Positions 27,714 through 39,700 of a stretch of 40,505 nucleotides of DNA are shown here, one piece after another. The stretch is from Rickettsiales bacterium. Its GTDB lineage: Bacteria > Pseudomonadota > Alphaproteobacteria > Rickettsiales > UBA1997. The stretch covers positions 1-40,505 of the forward strand of contig JADHOZ010000003.1 of assembly GCA_016778745.1 (NCBI GenBank), written 5' to 3'. The notes under the pieces were generated by a model, which worked only from the letters and a program-made list of their open reading frames with translations, searched no databases and was not told where the DNA came from. A program made the position numbers and the translations under genes. Each line of letters opens with the position of its first letter. The first letter of the stretch is position 1.

Positions 27714-30700
27714 GTGCCTGGAGAAAGTCAATTAAAAAACAAGATAGAAGAATATAAAAATGGCGGCTCCAGGGCGCGTATGTTACGCGAGATGGCGGTA
27801 CTTGATATTGGCGCATTGGCAACGACTGATCTGAATCAAATAGAATTTGAATTTGATACAAAAAATCCTCGTAAGCTAAAAAGTAAGCAGTCAGGAAAAT
27901 ATTATGAGTATTATCGAGATCCTTCCATGATGGTTGCGATCTATCAATGCTTGTTTAGAAGTTTAAATAAAGATGTTAAAGAGTTTTTGCAGACTTTAGA
28001 TGAAAAATTGAAAATATTTGATGCGAATGGTGTTTTGGACGAGGTGGCAAGTCGATATCACAAGTCGTTGGTGTTTACGGATTTTATTAAACGAAAAAGA
28101 GCAGATGCAGATATTAGGATTGAACAAGAAGATTTGGATCATATTTTTCAATTTATTGTTGCCAATAAGTTATCTATCGAGGAAGCGCGAGGAATTTTAG
28201 GGAATACTTTTGCTGACGCGGAGATTGGTGACGATGTGAAAGCAAAAATCAAGGGATTCTTTTGTGATTATTTACAAAGTAATTTGCAAGAAATTGGTTG
28301 GTTTAATGCGGGATCCGAGGATGTTAAGCACGAGGCAGGAGATGTAGTTACTGAAAATATAGGTGTGGTTCGTTCTTTTGAAACAATAAAAAGCGGGTTT
28401 GATGGAGAACTGGTTAATGCTTGTAATATTGATGAGGTTTTTAACCATTGTCAGGCAGAATATGATAGGGTTTTTAAAGAGCAATATAATGCCAAGATGT
28501 TGTATTTTCTTTTTATTATTATGGATGAAAGGCATGAATATAGGTCAAGACAATATGGAGCGGATTGGGGTGAGTATCATAAATGTGTTGCAGAAATAAA
28601 TGATCTTTTGGCGGATCCCAATTTTGATGTTAAGGATTATTTTAAGCAATATGGCGTTAATATTCATGACTTTGATTTTCTTGAAAAAATTGATTTATCT
28701 GACTCGAAGATCGTATATTCGATAAAAACGGAATTGAAGGGCGCTTCAAAACGTGTTAACTATGGTGATGATCTGAGATTTTTAGGTTCCCCGATACATC
28801 AATATATTTTAGAATATGATTTAAAAAGATTCAGTTCCTATGATATTGTGGATAGGGAAAATAGACGGGATAGAAGTGAGGTTGAGAGAAAATTTAAGAG
28901 TTATTATAGAGATTTTTATGATAGTTTTACGAATCGAGACGAGTTTGGCTTTGCGCTATTAAAAACACAAATAGCGAGTATCAATAAAAAAGAAAAAAGA
29001 GGGATTTTACGAAATTCACAAAAGGTCATGGGTGATCGGAGTGCTGATATTTATGTTAATTTGAGCGATAATGTGCGTGTTTCAAAATTCTACGAGCTTC
29101 CGCTAAGTAGTGATGATAGAGAATCTGTAATTGGAAAAGTAGTTTTATTTGATGTGGTTTTAGAGGAAGAATCCATCGCGGCCATTAATGATGATGACGA
29201 ATTGCGAGGTCTTGTTACGGGTCGACAAGAATACGAATATCAAGGAATTAGATATGTTGAGATTGGCTTTAATTCTTTGAATGAAAGCCAGCAAAATAAA
29301 TTGTTAGATATTATCAATCGTTTTCCTAGGGTTGATATTAGATATATTGATTATCTTGATGATGATCATTTTGATTATGATTCTCGTGATGCGCAAAAAA
29401 ATATAAAAACGCGATCATTTATTAATATCAATAAAGCGGCAGAAGCTGAGTTAATCTCGATCATTCAAAACCCCGATTATACGGAGAAATTTGCAAAATA
29501 TTGTCGGAATCCAAAATATAAATCGCTAGCTGCTTCGATTCTTTCTCTGAGGGCAAAAAATCAGGAGGTTGACGATATTGATGTGATTTATAAAAAGCTA
29601 TTAGAGCATGCTTATGAAAAATCTCTATTAAAAGATGAGCGTGACATTTACATCACACCAAATCTTGATCTTGGTTGGGGTGAGGGTGATGATTATTTGG
29701 ATGCAAGTGCCATCGTTCCTATCTTTGAAGAAATTATTGCCTCGGGAAAAAACATCAGTGCTAATTCACTGCACTTATCTCTAGCTGATGGTAGTGATTT
29801 TCGATGGGCGCTTGATGAATTAAAACGAAGAATTTCCGATAAAGATGATTATTTAGATTTAAAAGGTCGCCCTTTTCCAATTGCTCAGCTTGTGATAAAT
29901 TGTAATGATTTCTTAATGGATGGTGTTAGTGACATTGCTGAATTTCAAAAGAGGTTATCCGAGACTCTTGCTGGTTTCGATGCTCTTGGTGTTAGAAAGT
30001 TGCGTATCAATTCTGGTTTTGGTAAGTTAAACCAAATAGGCATCGATGCAAAGATTTTTGGAGAAATTTTAGATGCGGCATTACTCGATGTAGGGGTAGA
30101 GGTTTCCTTTGAATATTGTTATCAAAGTGACGAGTCTGTCGTTACTAAAGAAAAAGCAAGAGTGAGTGCAGTTAAACAGCGACGAATTCAGGCTAAATTA
30201 ACAGATCCAGATGATTTAAATATTTATCGAAAGATTGAACCGGAAGGCGAAGATCCAGATGAAAAACATTATTCAAAAGGACATCAATTTTTATTTGGCT
30301 CGGCTTCTTACTCAGAAGAAGCCGAGGTTCATGAAGATCAGGAGCAAGAGCAAGAGATGGAAGTCTATGTTGATCAAAATGAGATTGAAGATTATAGTGA
30401 TAAGGTTGAAGAAGGAGTAAGTTTTGAAGATGAAGATTTGGTATCTAAAGAAAATATTGCCTTGAGAATGGCCCTTTCTTCAAAAGATAGAGCTTATTTT
30501 GCTGTGCCTAAAACAATTTCTCAATTACCAAAAGAATCAATACAAGATATTTGGGACGAAATCACTGGTGGTAGTGCCGCTTTTAATGATCAAAGTAAAA
30601 AACTATCAAATGATGATTTTAGAATTGACAAGATGACAAAAAAGGCTGCGTTAATGTTATTAAAACATAAAGTGGATGGTAGGTTTGCTGGTGGTTTAAA

Positions 30701-33700
30701 CTTAAGGCGTTTGCCACAAGGTTTTTATATGGCAAGAAATCTGTTAGATAATAAAATAATTTTGGATTTTGATATTACTAGAAGAACGAAAGATAGTGCC
30801 TTTATAATGGATTTTGCTGATATTGATTCTGTTTTATGTGATGAACCAGGTGCTGCATATAAAAAAGAGATTAATGACCTAGTTAATGAGATTGTTGCAG
30901 ATATTTCTTTGAGAAATGAAGGGAGTGATGAATTTGCGGAGCTTTTACACACAAATTTATTTCGAGATTTAGCAGAGGAAGAAATTGATATTGTTCCTGA
31001 ATCTAAGTTTTTAGAAGTCTTAAACAAGGTAAAAAATATTTCGCAAAGTGAATTTAATCTATTGCTTCATCTATTAAAAAATAATCTTGAGGTTGCTCCG
31101 CGTGCTAATGCTATTTTATTGGTAGAATCATTTTTAACATTAAAAGATAAGCTACATGGTCACGGCGTGGTAATTCAAGATGATATTGTGCCAGCAATTA
31201 AACAAAAAGAAGATCTTAGAGCTCTAAGTTACAGAATATTAGAGATATTGAAATATGTAGATAAGGAAGGAGTGTGTGAGGTAGCAAGAGAAAGTCCACA
31301 GGGTTTAAAACAAAGGATCTTTAATGAGATGCTACAAGGTAAGATATCCTTGGCCGAACATGGTATGTATCACGCTCTTTATTGTGACGGATTGATTAAT
31401 TTTGATGCTGCTTTAGCAATTGACGGCAGTGAAGTTGGCATTGGTGAATATGACGACAAAATATCATATTTGGTTTCAGAGAAATCTTTGTTTCGATTCT
31501 TAGCTAATAATTTGGCTAAACACGATGTGGAAGACAAAGACCTTCAAAAAGCAACAATATTATTTTTGCGATATGTAGTGACCCCAGTGCAAGACAGAGT
31601 CAATGAATTTAAAGTGAGCTATGAAAATGCCAAGGCTTTTATTGGTGATTTTGGAGTTGGTTTGGATCCTAAAAAAGGTCTTAGGATTATAAAACTATTT
31701 CTTGACTTTAAGGTAAAGCATTATGAGCAAGGGTTAAATCTGGTAAGTAATTTAAACGGCGTAGAGGATTTGGATGTATTTTGTGATATTGTTAACCAAT
31801 TAAAGAGCCTCAGACCTTCATTTACTGATATTGCTAGACTGGCAAAATTATATGCGCCATTAGACCCTGAGCAAAAGGCGGACTTTGCTAAAAATATCTC
31901 TGATATTGTTTCTATTCAGCCGGATTGGCGTTATTTCTCGCGTATTATTGAAAATTTAGTAACACATACTGCCGGTCGCAATTATAGTTTTAGCGAGATT
32001 TGTAGTGCTATTCAATTGCCTCCTTTAGATGATAGATTTGAAAGAGATGATTATCATAAAAAATTCTTAGCCGCGACGTTATTGAAAAAAAGTGAAGAGG
32101 ATCACCAAAATATAACGGATGTACCCTGGAGTGAAATTGTTGGAGGTTTGGTTCATCCTGAGGGGGATTTAGTTCATCCAAAGCTGAAAACGCCAGATTC
32201 ATTAATTCCTTTCGATGACTTTAAAACTTTAAATTATAATAATTTAGGTTCATATCCATATATTGAATCTAGTGAATTAGTAGGATTTAATTATGATTAT
32301 TTCTCGCTTGATCATATTAAGTTGCAATTTCAAGAAGGGGAAGATTTACGCGTTATTGATGCATATTACAAACGAAAGACTAACGATTGGTCATTTACGT
32401 TAGAGCTGAAGAATGAAAGCGGTGCTCGTTCAAGAATGGGAGCAAAATATCTGAATTTCTTAAATGAGTTTGATACGGCATTTAGAATTGATTTTTTAAG
32501 GGTTTTTATTGGTGATAAAAAAGTAAAACTGAAAGAAGAGAGATTATTGAGAGATGTTGAAAAAAATATCGATGGTTTTTTTAAGAAGTTTTTGGCTTTT
32601 GATTACCGTGACGATAGAGATGGAGTGATTAAAAAATATAATGTTTCAGTATCATCAAGGCAACAAATATATGCTACGTCTTTCAAAGTGCTTGCCAAAT
32701 TATATCATAAATTTCCTAGTGATGCGCCAGTATTAATTGGTGCCTTTTATGGTGGTAGATTTGATCAATATCAAAAGGGTGATGACAAAATTAAGTTTTT
32801 ACACTACCTCGGTGAGTTTTTAGATGTGTGTTCGCGAGATTTTTCTCTTAACTTGTTCGAAAAATATGCATCGCTACGTTTTAATCAAAAGATTACAGAT
32901 AAACTTGTCGGTGATGAAGCTGTTAAAAAATTCCTACTTAATATTGTTGATAATGAGTTTGTCAGTGATGATGTTAAAACAGGTATGCTAGATTTATTGG
33001 CTGTTGACTCCCATAAGCCCAATATGGTTGCTTTTACTGGAACACATTCTTCTTCTGGTTTAGGATTGATTGTCGATGTTAATCAAAATCTGATTGATAA
33101 AATTTCAAGTAAAAAACATGTTAATCAATATAATATCAAAGCGAGACCTTTAAAAGAAGGAGAAGAAAATAAAATCAGATTCGCTTATGAAGTTGGATCA
33201 CGTAAATTTAAAAGATGGTCTAAGCAAAAATTGCTAAATAATGATGTATTGTTAGTCAGTTTAAAATTGCCAATTACGTCATCAAAGGAAGTATCGCAGA
33301 TAGTTTATGATATTGATGATTTTGGCACTCATATCAGTATAGATGTTTTAAAGGAAGTTGATAGTGATGATGTGATAGGATTTTTTGTATCTGGTCATCA
33401 ACATTATGTTAGATGCGCTGATCTGAGGAAATATTGTGAGAGGTTGGGCGAGATGACAATCATAGATTTTAAAAACAATATTGCTAACGCCATAAAACAT
33501 AAGGATGCGGTTATTATTTATAAATTTAATAATAAAAAGAGAGCCTTGCCAATCTCTGAATTATCAGATGATATTACTATTCGCAAAAAACAAATAAGTG
33601 ATCTTGTGGCGATTAATTCTGGCAGGTTTTTAGATGTTGATAAAGAATTCTTATCATCCGTACACAAAAAGATATTGGCGCATAATAAAGGATTTAAATA

Positions 33701-36700
33701 TAAAGATTTTTTAAAAAGTTTCAAAGAGGTGATATCTGTTATTGATGCAATAGACGATCAACTCTACGTGGCAAGTGAAGATGAAAATCTAGTAAAGAAA
33801 TTTCCGGGTTTAGATGATGCAATAGTAGGGCATAAAATTAGAAATTATGCTAATTTTTATAAGAGACGATTTTATGATTTATTGAATCAACTTTTGGAAT
33901 ATGACGATGATGTTGCGCTGGAATGTGTGAAGAAGATTGAAGAAATATTTAAAAGTTCTCACATTAGAAGCCTTCCTGGCAATGTTTATATTAAGGATAT
34001 CAAAGATTTATTTACGCAAAATTTAGAAACTTTTTGGAATTCAAATGGCGATGTTGAAATATTATTCTTAAGAGCAAAAAAAGTAATTGATAATTGCAAA
34101 GGAAAGGAATTAGAAGTCTTGGATCGCTATGTTTCCGACGATGAGACAGTTAAACACATCATGCATTATGATGTAAAAGTGGATGCGATATATTTAAAAA
34201 TTAAGAATGCTATTCAAAATAGTTCAGGACTTGGTAATTATAAAGATAGAGTTTTAACATTTGTGAATGGTATTTTTTATCAAAATGTCAATATTTCTAA
34301 CAGAGTATTATTTAAGCGTTTAGTTGTTGAAAAGTTAGGCGATAAGGTCATAAATTTGATAGATTCCTTATCAGACGAGCTACGCAGTGCTTCCGTAGAA
34401 CAAGCCTTAACATTAGTTAAACAATTTGAGAATAATCAGATATTTGTTGATCTTGATAGAGATCCAAATTTGAATATTGATTTTATAGAGCTTGAACAAT
34501 TTGACGACTCTAAGACAGACTTAGCCAATTATATCGATACATTAATAGGCAATCCGGAAATATCGCAAAGTATCAAAGAGCATTTATCGGTTGTCGATGC
34601 TAAAAAATATCAGTATTTTGTGCTTGGTAAATCAGATTTGATGGTGCGAATTCAAGATAATGTTAATAAGCTAAAATCAGAGCAAATAAGTAAAAAAGAA
34701 TCTATTGCTTGTAAGTTGGATATGTTAGCACTTCTTCGTGAATCTTATCGAAGAGTGCATGGAAAATATCCATATACGACACAATTATTGCCACTGATTT
34801 ATTTTGTGACGGCACAAGATAGTCAAGCTGCGAATGAGAATTTTTCTAAAATAATGGCAGAAATTAGTACGGGGCAGGGGAAAAGTTTGTTGTCGTCAAT
34901 TTATGTATCTTTCCAAGCACTTAATGGCAAAGCATCTCACGTAACGTCGTCTACAGACGTGTTGTCAAAACGAGATTTCAGAGAAAATCAGAACTTCTAC
35001 AGCTATTTAGGCTTAAAATCTCATTATATTGATAATAAAGGCGTCAATCCAAATGGCGATGAAGAAGATGTTAAATATGAAAAAGGTAGAATTTACCACT
35101 CTACTGCGAGTAATTTTTACTTTTTTCTTAGTAAAAATAGACTGTCCGGCGAAGAGCTAGATGTTGATATAGGTGATAGATCCTGGCTTTCTGATGAAAC
35201 AGATACACTACTAGATAATAAAACATTGTGGCGTTTATCTGTTAACGGTAGTGGGGGTGATGACTTAAGGGAATTTTATTATTTTGTAAATGATTTTTAT
35301 GATAACAATGCAGAGCGTATTGACAGAATTTTATCTGGAGGAGAGCCAAATAGTAGAATAGTCTCGGAGTTTAAGGAAAAGTTGGAGCGAGAATATGAAG
35401 ATTTATTTAGTTACTTTAAATTTAATATTTGCGTTGGCAGTGATAAAATAGTCGATGACAAAATAGCTTTACTACTTTCTTCGGCTAAAAAAGCGGCGCA
35501 TTATACTGAGGATAATGACTTTACGATTCAGCAAATTTTATTAGATGGCGTGACATATAATTGTGCCAGAATATTGAAAAAACCATCCAACGAACCAGAT
35601 CTTTCTTCGACGTGGGGAGATGGGGTTCATCCTTTATTGCATGCCAGGTTAGAAAGAAGTAAAAATATTGGCCGATTTATCCTGGACAAAGAAAATGTTG
35701 CCATCACTAGCGGTACACCAAAGCAGTTGGTTGAATATTGCGGTAATTTTGTGGGTATTACAGGTACTATGGGAAGGAAAGAAGATTTAGAGCTAATTTC
35801 CAATCAATTTGGTATCAGCCACGCTGTTAAAGTGCAGCCACATCAACTGCTGAAACGAAAAGATATGGGATCTGTTCTAATTGATGGCGGCTTAGAGACA
35901 GATGAAACGCTACCTTTTAATGATAAACAATTCACTAAATTACGCAAAATATTAAGTGGCCAAGATAAATTTAAGTCATCCAACCCTCATGGTATTAATC
36001 ACAATCGCGTCAATAATCAGCCGGTTCTCATTATTTGTGAAAATGTAGCAGAAGCAAAACTTCTATACCAAGAACTTGGTAAAAATGCCATCGAAGATAT
36101 TGAGTTGCAAATCATTGATGGATCAGAGAGTGATATTGAAATGGAAAAAAAGATCAAAAAAGCTGGTCGTAAAAATGTCGTAACTATTTCGACCCCAATA
36201 TCGGGTCGAGGAACTGATATTAGAGTAAGTGCGGATGCAAAAAAAGAAGGTCTCTACACTATTTTAATGTCAGTCTTTAATGAAAGAGAAACAGCGCAAG
36301 CCGAAGGTAGAAGTGGTAGAAATGGTGATGAAGGTAAAACAATTTCGTTAATCAATGCCAATAAGAAAAATATTAAGGAGGCTTTACAAAAGGTTGATTT
36401 TGATGAAGAAGGTCAAAGAAAATATTTAGATTCGCAAGAAAGGATTCACCAATTACGGGAGGTATTATTTGCTAAGCACAGAGAGAATTTAAAAAAGCAA
36501 GTTGCAGAATCGGTGTTGATTGAGGAAAAATATCGCGAATTTTGTTTTTATCGATCTGAATTCTTAAAACAAGCTAAGTTAGCGCAAATGACAGACGTTA
36601 CTTCCTTGACGCGGGAAATGGAAAATCTATTTGCGAATTTCCTAAATAATGATATGTCGGTTTGTTTGAAGAAATATAAGATGGAAGACGGGAAGTTTGA

Positions 36701-39700
36701 TAATGATCAATTTGCTGAAAATGTTACTAATTTGGTAGAGCAGAGGTTTGAATTATTTTTGCAGTTAAGATTATTTCCTTTAATGAAGGTTAAATGCGAA
36801 AAAATAGAAGAATTGCCAGCTATTAGTCAGGAATTTAAAAAGCACGTTCAAGGGCGAGTTCAAAATAAAATGTTGGCTTTGCAACAAAAAATTGATACTT
36901 ATAAACCACTTGCTCCAAGTCAACCAAATGAAAAAAGAGAAAAATATAGTAGCGATGATGAGCTTTATGGCATCACAGGGTTATATTTAAGACAGCGCGA
37001 TCCTGCGCCTGCGGATGATCTTATAAAAGATATTTATATTCAAGCCGAAGGTGAGGTACAACATTATCAGTACAAACCTTTAAGCTTCGATGGATATTAT
37101 AGTCATGTGCAACAGCATATGATTCACTTCGCCGATTTGGCATCAGCAGGATTTAGAAAAGTTTATTTAGGAACGCAAGATGATAGTGTTGCGCAAGGTG
37201 ATATTAGCCGAGAGCGTGATTCCTCTGGATGTTATATTAGTAAGGTTGATGAAGTTGATGAAGTTGATGAAATGGTACATAATAATATTTTGGCTATTTA
37301 TGGTGTTAATGATGCGGTGTTAATGAAAAATCCTCATGGCGCACAGATTGTGTTATTGCCAATGTGCGAGGATATTGAAAAATCTAAAAAGATAATCAGA
37401 GTTTTTTTTGGAAGATATGACTTAACGTCTAATATTGAATGTATTGCTCCTTTGCATGATGGTAGCGTTGCAATTATTAATTCCTCTACCCTTGGAATAA
37501 AAAAACGTCATGGCAGCCCAGTTATACCGGGGGGTGCATCGGGTAGTGATAACAGAAGGGGAAATTCCAACATATTTGATCGAGGAGCACGTGTTGACAT
37601 AATAGATGATAGTGCTTCGTTTCAGTCTTGGAACACATTCCAAACTAAGATTGCTCAATATTGTCACGACACACTTCTAGATCATGAAAGATTATCAGAG
37701 TTTCAAACACAAAATCTGTTTATCCGCTCATATATTGCTGGTGGTTTGGATAAGGTTGATGTTAGTGGTGACATTACATCTGATTTTAGAAACAAGCAGT
37801 TAATTGCTGATAATAAAGCTTATGGCAGAGCCATCTCTCACATCGCTAGAATAAATGACGGAACGTTTGGTGTTGCAAATGTTAGTATAGCTAGTTTAGA
37901 TGATGTGAGTGTTCTAAGCGCCTTTGATAATTCTTGGTTGGCGCAATATGTTGTTGAAATTCAAACTATATTGCAGAAATTGCATCATAGCATCAAATTT
38001 TCTCATTTAAGAGGTGATGAGTTTGAAATTTCTTGTGATAGTGCAGGTAATAGATTAATTGAAACAATAGCATATACATTTGGTGGGGATGTCAACAAAA
38101 CCCCTGACAATAGATATCGAATCTCTTTAAAAGGAATAAATGAGAGAAATAAATTCCTTAATAATATATTACGATCTACTCAATTATTGCCACCTGGCTT
38201 TAATGATGATGATAGCGATAATTTATCGCGAAGTTACAAAGATATTATTTTTAATACAGTAATAGAAAAAGCTCAGATTTCTTATAGAGAGAAAGTTGGA
38301 AGAGTTCAAAGAGGTGATGATGGTAAGATTACGGAAGAATTTAAAGCAAATATCAAAGCGCGTTTTGATGCCGCAAGGGGTGATGAAGATAGAAAGAGTT
38401 CAATGTCTTTGCGACATCTAGAATTATTTTTAGAAATTAATAAAAGAATAATTGAACGTTCTTCTGCTGCCGTTAGCGAATTAGATAGAGTTACTTTAGA
38501 TGATAAATATACTTTATATTGCAATATTGATAATGGTGTTACTGTAAATGATGATCAAACACTAGGGGAGTTGGTGAAAAAAACTTCGGTAGCAGACTAT
38601 GCCGCTACCATTACTGCAGAAGCAAAGATGGCGAGTGATTATGATCGCAACGTTAAGGCTGTCGCCGATTCTTCATTGCAAAATAGGGAGTCTAGAGAAA
38701 ATGAAAAGAAGAAAATCAAGGAACGCTACAAAACTCTAAGTGTGAATAATGCAAAAAATTCCAATCCAGGACATAGCATTGTTGATACTATTGTGAAAGA
38801 TTTTAAGGAATATGCTAAAGGCAAGGTTGGGGAATTTAGATCATTGGGCATTGATGTTGAGGGAGACTTGCTAAAAAATATTGATAAAGACAACATTGTT
38901 GCGAAAGATCAAATAATCCAGAAATATAATCGTGTTGCAAAACTCATTGTTGATATTAATGCGATATTAAGGAAATTTGACTGTAATAATGTCAATTATC
39001 AAAAAGGTGAACAATATTTAAGGCGTTTACGATCAAAATTACGGGTTGATGAAGATAGTATTACCAAGCTTGATGAGAGTACAAAAGAAGCTATTGATAA
39101 GGAAGATAGTTTGTCAGAAGTAGCTGGAAAATATAGATTTAATAGCTTTGAAACATTGCGAGAGACGATAAAAGATGAAATAAATTCAAAGCTAGAGGAG
39201 GCTAATAAAGCCAATATTATTTCTTCAAATCATTCTACTATTAATGTTGATTTTGCCGGTCATAAAAAGACGTTAGAATTATATAATTCCAGAGTTGGCG
39301 TAAGGGATATATTAGTAAAATTTTATGAAAAAATAAATGCTATTGATTCTCTTAACTCAAATAGTGAGGAGTTAACGCAAGAAATAGTCGATTTGTTTAG
39401 CGATAACGGTGTGATTAATGTTGCCAATTTTACTCCTAATATAATTTCTAAGTTAGGCGAGGGGATTGGCAAAGATGAGTTGCAACAATTTATCAATGAT
39501 TTTAAAGGTAATCCAGATATTGCAGATATTTTAAATGATGAAGTTATTAAAACATTAGTAAAAGATATTGGGACTAGACTTAGTGGGAAGAGGGCGGCAT
39601 TACAAGGTAATGAAACAAGAGTTCAAAATGATTTGGATAAGATAGTTCAAATTATTAATGATTTAAATTCCGGCTCTGTATTTTCTTATGAAGTTGAACA

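Noticed and set aside
27702-27834. Tiny uORF ATG-TTG-TCC-TAA (27702) and a 24-aa frame from ATG 27760 as a leader peptide or alternative start
   Set aside because: No RBS or attenuator structure, and such frames are expected by chance. The giant ORF start remains uncertain (27714 or 27780).
34720-36350. Calling this the housekeeping secA
   Set aside because: The motor sits within a protein of more than 4,200 aa, with divergent motifs (STGQGKS, DETD) and no recognisable SecA C-terminus.
28018-39214. Eleven short ORFs of 60-100 aa listed in the track
   Set aside because: They are off-frame or antisense shadows of the single giant ORF.
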